Shown piece by piece: positions 57,185 through 64,000 of a DNA stretch of 64,000 bases; the stretch's first letter is position 1, and the number at the start of each line of letters is the position of its first letter. The position numbers and the translations under genes are program-made. The notes below the pieces were generated by a model. It was not told the DNA's origin. It worked only from the letters and a program-made list of their open reading frames with translations, and made no database searches. Source of the stretch: Octopus vulgaris (lineage: Eukaryota); the NCBI GenBank assembly GCA_951406725.2, contig OX597824.1, forward strand, positions 17,298,001 through 17,362,000, given 5' to 3'.

Positions 57185-57251
<67 letters not shown>

Positions 57252-57264
57252 TTTTATTAATTTA

Positions 57265-57455
57265 TTCTTTTACTTGTTTCAGTCAATTCCATTGCGGCGA
57301 TGCCTGGAACACCGCCTTTAGTCGACCAAATCGACACCAGGACTTATTCTTTGTAAGCCTACTACTTATTCTATCGGCCGCTTTTGCCGAACCGCTAAAA
57401 TGAGGGGACGTAAACTCACCACCATCACTTGTCAAGCGATGTTGGGATACACCCA
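57265..57455 (-). mobile_element. SINE family A 3' half
   Basis: cttttacttgtttcagtc...gtcaagcgatgttggg, truncated at the internal microsatellite. Confidence 0.85.
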
Positions 57456-57462
57456 CACACTC

Positions 57463-57534
<72 letters not shown>

Positions 57535-57536
<2 letters not shown>

Positions 57537-57730
57537 GGAATTAACAAAAAAAAAGAAAACAAAACACGAAGACGTGTATGTAAACAATAAATAGATGTAT
57601 TAGTTTAACGCTCGGGACGTGAGAATGTCTTTTACGTTTCGAGCCTACGCTCTTCAACAGAAAGGAACACAGAAATAAGCATAGAAAATTAAAAAAATAC
57701 TTTTAGTGGCTAGCGATCTATCATGGCGAA
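57535..57730 (-). mobile_element. PLE-type terminal repeat with hammerhead variant (57629-57664)
   Basis: Minus strand cttt-CTGTTGA-A-gagc gtag gctc-GAAAC-GTA-aaag; flanked by (TA)n. Confidence 0.75.
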
Positions 57731-57828
57731 TATATGTATGTATATATTATATAGTATATACTATATATACTATTTTATATAATACATAATAAATATATAT
57801 ATACTACACACACACACACACATTTATG

Positions 57829-57924
<96 letters not shown>

Positions 57925-58678
57925 CATATATTTATACAGACACACACACATATTTAATACCAAGCCTGATAAACTATTCGCAGTATCCATGGGTTGACAG
58001 AATATATGACAAATAAATATCATTATATAATACACCATACAACTGCATACGCAATTTCTTCTTGGTATTCTTCATGATGTTCTTGTTGTTGCTGCAGGTG
58101 TTTTATCATTACCCTATTCCCCTTATTGCTATTATAGCATTCTCTCATTATTATTTCTCTCATTATTCTTTTTTCGTCTTGTCACAATCTTTGATAATGT
58201 TATTGTTGTTGTTGATCTTGTATTCCTTTAGCTGATAATGCAATTCTTTTAGTACATATTATTGCTGATGTTGTTGTTGATTTTGTCCGTTTACCGTTGT
58301 GTTCTTTGTAGTTTTTTTTTCTATACGTTTATGTATAGTGTTGTATGTTAGTTGTTGGCGTTTACCTTCTGAGTTTTTTTTTATTTTTTAAGTTTACATC
58401 ATTTTTGAAACATTATTAAATCAGATCATAATACTGTTATAAATTGCATTTTCACTGTTGAGTCTTTCAATTTTGTTCGTTTTGTTTCTTTCATTCTTTA
58501 AGTTTTTTTCATTCATTATGTTTCACTTTTCCTTCAAACTTTCGCAGTTTGATTATATCTATCTTTATATTGCTTCAAATATATGCAGTTCAAAATTATG
58601 AACGAAAATATGAAGAAATGAAATGAAAGGCACACACACATGCATATATGTATGAGTATATATATATATAAATATATT

Positions 58679-58789
<111 letters not shown>

Positions 58790-59056
58790 ATGTATATATG
58801 TATGTGTGTGTGTGTGTGTATGTATATATGTGTGTTAGTATGTATATATATATGTTTGTATATATGCATCTATATATATATGTGTATATATATATGTGTG
58901 TGTGTATATGTATATATGTATGTGTTAGTATGTATATATGCATGTATGTATATATAAGTATATACGATTTTAATGTTCATTGTGCAGTAAGAATTTATCA
59001 TTTTTTTTTTATCCATTTTGTAAAAATCATTTTATAACTGCAATAACAGCAACAGC

Positions 59057-59102
<46 letters not shown>

Positions 59103-60040
59103 TGAATATGACAAAAACGATATAATAATGTTATGCAAAGAAGAAAGAAAGATAAAAAGAACTGAAATCAGTTATACATAATACATAATACGTATTGCAA
59201 ACTTGTATCACGTCTTCTATGAATTTTTCAACAAAGAAATCGTAAATAATAATAATAATGAGAGAAAGAAAAAAAGTTGTTGATTTGTTGTTTATTACAG
59301 AAGCTGTAAGATTGATTTAGTTCAAGTTGTTTAGAGAGAGAATCAGAGGATAACACACAAAAAGAAAAAAAAAAAGCCCAGCATACACTAACAAACGATT
59401 AAAAACAACTCTAAAAATCTATTACGATACAGATATTAGATCTATATTACAACTCGATTATTGCATATATTCAAACAGAAATACTTTAAAAAAATTATAA
59501 AAGGTATTAAAGACAGCAATTAGTTTTGATAAATATCACAAAAGAAGAAATTTCAATACATTGTCAACACTAATATAAGGAATTCTTTAAAAGAAACACG
59601 TTTTTTTTTTCTTTGGGAAATTCTTATGAAGCAGTTCACAGTTTGTTCTTCAATCCTTATTTACATTATTGTAATAATCTTAGCTTGTTGGGTGTGTGTC
59701 AACATTAGTTACACAATACAGTTTAATTCTGTAAATATATTGATATTTGAACAACAGGTTCATAACTTATTGGCTTTCGTAGCTAGACAAATGAACGATC
59801 GTGTTTCGAATCATTTTCAGCCGCACTGAATAAATTTTCCGAGAGGCGTAAACGCCATGGCAGTCAAATTTTTTTGACACTTTTAATCTTCACGCTTTAA
59901 AATGATAACCGCTACTCAAACACACACACATACACACACACACATACACACACACACACACATACACACACACATACACACAACACACACACACATACAC
60001 AACACACACATATATGTGTATTTATCAATCTATCTATCTT

Positions 60041-60409
60041 GTGTGGTAAGAAGCTTGCTTCTCAAATACATGGTTCCGGGTTCAGTCGCGCTGCGTGGCA
60101 TTTTGGGCAGATGTCTTTGTGAGTGGATTTCGTAGACGGAAACTGAGAAAATCCCGTCTATATATATGCGTGTATGTATATATGTGTGTGTGTACGTGTG
60201 TGTATTCCCCAACACCACTAGTGCTTGTCAACTGATGCCGTATGTTTAAGTCCCTGTAACTTAACAGTTCGGCAAAAGAGACCAATAGAACAAGTACTAA
60301 CTCTACAAAGAATAAGTCCTGGGATCGATTTGTTTGACTTAAACCCTTTAAGGCGGCGCTCCAGCATGGCCGCAGTCAAATGACTGAAACAAGTAAAAGA
60401 ATAAAAGAA
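60041..60409 (+). mobile_element. SINE family A, diverged
   Basis: gtgtggtaagaagcttgct...aagtaaaagaataaaagaa. Confidence 0.85.
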
Positions 60410-60854
60410 CATCTATCTAGCTGCCTGTCTACACATTCATCCATCCATCTTTCTATCTAGATAGGCAGTTAACTACACACACACACACACACACACACTC
60501 ACACACACATATCCGTGTCACGTACACAGAGGCACAAACACACACACAGAGGCACGCACACACACAGTACCACGCTAAAGTTTTTAAAAAACAGTATTAG
60601 AACCAGATACACCATTACACCAACCCAGAAACTTTTTCTTTCATGTCAGATATTTAAACGCATAAGTTACAAGAGAAAAGTTTTTCCACAAGCCTTTCAA
60701 CGTATATTTTGTTTTCAGAAGAACGGTATTAGATCGCATCGAAATTTAAACGGCCATACGTTTTCGCTCAGCGTACTTCCAATAAATCTTACGCCACAAA
60801 CTTTGCTTCCCCAAAATACTCATCATGCTATTTGAAATATGCGATGACGAAATT

Positions 60855-60999
60855 AATATTATGTACGTTCGACGGATATTTGTCCTCGTCTTGTTTGTTG
60901 TTAACACAACGTTTCGGTTAATATACCCTCCAGCCTTCTTCAGGTGTCTGAGGAAATTTCGAAACTGGGTTCTCATTCCTAAGGTATTTTTCGATGTTG

Positions 61000-61043
<44 letters not shown>

Positions 61044-61172
61044 GTTGTTGTTGTTGTTGTTGTTGTTGCTGTTGTTGTTGTTGTTGTTATTATTTTTCAG
61101 GTCATTGCTTGGAATCGAACTCAGAATCTTGGGGTTATTAGTTCGCGCTCTTAACCACTACGCCATATGCCC
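60855..61172 (-). mobile_element. tRNA-headed SINE with hammerhead-bearing tail, copy 2 (motif 60903-60948)
   Basis: Minus strand gggcataTGGCGTAGTGGttaag...GAGTTCGATTCC, (AAC)/(AAT)n, then gacac-CTGAAGA-A-ggctg...taacc-GAAAC-GTT-gtgtt. Confidence 0.8.
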
Positions 61173-61185
61173 GTGGGCATATGAC

Positions 61186-61345
61186 TTCCAATTCCGCCGA
61201 GGTCGACTTTGCTTTTCATCCTTTGGGGGTTAATATATTAAGTACCAGTAGGGTACTGCTATCAATCTAATCGACTGCCTCCACCAAAAAGTAAAAAAAA
61301 AAAAAAAAGAAATTAGGGCCTTGTGCCTAGAGTAGAAAAGAACGT
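61186..61345 (+). mobile_element. SINE family B, 5'-truncated
   Basis: aattccgccgaggtcgactttgcttttcatcctttggggg...aagtaccag...gggccttgtgcctagagtagaaaag. Confidence 0.8.
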
Positions 61346-61718
61346 TGTATCTTCATTACATGTTTTCCACGTATAGTTTTATGGCGATAATTTAACGGTT
61401 TTAATATAAACTATATGTATACACGTTTCTGTTCAATTTGTTCAGAATCTGCTAGGGATCACCTACGTGAAACATTAAGTTACAAGTTGTGAAGATTCAT
61501 TTTTCAACCGGTCTTCTATCCATCCATCCACCCATCCATCCATTCATCCATCCATCCATCCATCCAAGCATCTACCCATCCATTCACCCATCTATTCATT
61601 CATCCATCCATTCATTCATTCAATCTTCTGTCCATCAATCTCTCCAGCAATCAATACATACATGCATTCATGCATACACACAGACACACATATATGTGTA
61701 TGTCTTGAAGTGTTTTTT

Positions 61719-61804
<86 letters not shown>

Positions 61805-61990
61805 CATATATATATGTATGTATATATATATATATACATAAATATACATATATATTAATATATAAATATACATATATATATGTATATATATATATATACA
61901 TATATATATGTATGTATATATATATATTTGAATATATATATACATACATATAATATATATTTAGGCTTGTATAATCATATTTATATATAT

Positions 61991-62052
<62 letters not shown>

Positions 62053-62556
62053 TTGAAATATATGTGCACACGTATATAAATATGTGTGTGCATGTGTTTA
62101 TGTATTTAAGAATGTGTATATAAGATAAGCATTTCCTGTTACGCTTGTTTCAGCAACATCTGCCTCGGGACTAACTTAGATAGGTTTCATCGGAGACACA
62201 AAGAACATGAAATTGAAGAATGAACTTTTATATGATAACGATATTAATTTCAAGTTGAATATGTTTAAAGTTCCTTGCCCCTAAAAAAAAAAAAAAAGAG
62301 AAACCAGTAAAGACAAAGAAGAGAATTGTAATTATGTACTTAATCTTCCTCCCGAGAGACATATCACTTCTTTTTTTTGAGAAAAGATAACTTTGTGAGA
62401 CACTGTGTGTATAGTTGTGCTATATCCATGTACGAGCATGGAGGTATGAAAATATGTAATCATAATTGTACGTTCGCATGTATATAAATGTATATACGCA
62501 CATATGTCTATATGAATATATATATATATATATACATATATATATACATATATATA

Positions 62557-62622
<66 letters not shown>

Positions 62623-62636
62623 TATGAATATATATA

Positions 62637-62763
<127 letters not shown>

Positions 62764-63039
62764 TACATACATTGTATATATATATATAATTATAAGTATA
62801 CACACATTTACATATATACATATATACATATATAATTATAAGTATACACACATGTATTTATGTGTGTATGTGTGTATGCGTGAGTGTGTGCATGTGTGTG
62901 TAATACTTTCTATATATATATGTGTTGCTTTTTTGTGTTTTAATTATTTGCATTCTTCGTAATGTAGAAAGTGCAGGTTTTTTAGTGAGAAAGAAAAGTC
63001 TGTCGGTGGAATTCAGATAAGAGCATTGGCGAATTGCTT

Positions 63040-63295
63040 TTATGTGGAGCTTTAGAAAAACGTTTGGATGCTTTTACAGTTCCGCTTGCAAATTGAATCA
63101 AATGATGTGTGAGTTGGTCATTTACTTTGTTTGAAAAAACCAGTCGTTTGAGATAGCTATGAAGATATTAGTTATCACAGGGAAACGCACCTGTAATTAC
63201 AGGTGAATATGTGAAGCTATATTCTCTGTAGAGAAGCTGTAGTTTTTGAACCTGTTGCCTCCTGTAAATATTCTCATTCTGGGAGATAGAAAAAA
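63040..63295 (-). pseudogene. Highly decayed RLE-type non-LTR C-terminus, related to 18640-18915
   Basis: Minus strand SISQNENIY / KLQLLYREYSFTYSPVITGAF...LKRLVFSNK...SGTVKASKRF. Confidence 0.55.
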
Positions 63296-63551
63296 ATGTT
63301 AATATCAGAAGTTCTAATGACCTCTATGACCGTATACTATGATCGATTTTCAACAATTATATGTTACGCTTGTACACTACCTGTTATATTCAAAAGTATG
63401 TACTATCACTGTAATTGATTAGGGTGTACTGTACCCGAAATATCAAGGTATAATTTATAAGGCTAAGTCTTTTAATTCTTTATGCACAAACTTCTGTCAC
63501 TGTTAACTTCGAAAAATTCTAATACATACTCAACATACAATATATACAAAT

Positions 63552-63630
<79 letters not shown>

Positions 63631-63632
<2 letters not shown>

Positions 63633-63802
63633 CGCAGGAGTGGCTGTGTGGTAGTAGCTTGCTTACCAACCACATGGTACCGAGTTCAGTCCCACTGCGT
63701 GGCATCTTGGGCAAGTGTCTTCTGCTATAGCCCCGGGCCGACCAATGCCTTGTGAGTGGATTTGGTAGACGGAAACTGAAAGAAGCCTGTCGTATATATG
63801 TA

Positions 63803-63861
<59 letters not shown>

Positions 63862-64000
63862 ATGTGTGTGTGTGTGTGTTTGTGTGTCTGTGTTTGTCCC
63901 CCTAGCATTGCTTGACGACCGATGCTGGTGTGTTTACGTCCCCGTCACTTAGCGGTTCGGCAAAAGAGACCGATAGAATAAGTACTGGGCTTACAAAGAA
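63631..64000 (+). mobile_element. SINE family A, truncated by window end
   Basis: ggcgcaggagtggctgtgtggt... collinear to the edge. Confidence 0.92.

Noticed and set aside
63188-63205. Perfect 18-bp palindrome cacctgtaattacaggtg (two E-boxes + TAATTA)
   Set aside because: Falls within a decayed RLE retrotransposon frame (SPVITGA); probably chance without conservation data.

Overview
AT-rich, microsatellite-saturated animal DNA with almost no host coding sequence. The repeat families resemble those of Octopus (my inference, not verified). Nearly all ORF-track entries are translations of (TA)n, (CA)n, (GATA)n or trinucleotide repeats. Real content: about 18 copies or fragments of a ~400-bp bipartite tRNA-derived SINE; Nin-type and Meta-type SINEs; three non-autonomous Helitrons; decayed CR1/L2-like, RTE-like and RLE-type (Dong/R4-like) LINE pieces; two Tc1/mariner ends; Penelope-like element (PLE) remnants (GIY-YIG C-terminus, ORF N-terminus); and a possible minus-strand host exon at the left edge. 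The most notable signal is at least eight hammerhead-ribozyme-like motifs in PLE-type terminal repeats. They include variants with a non-canonical core and a two-copy element built as tRNA Pol III head + microsatellite + hammerhead tail, a candidate ribozyme-bearing, PLE-mobilised SINE. All calls are by eye; no searches or folding were run.
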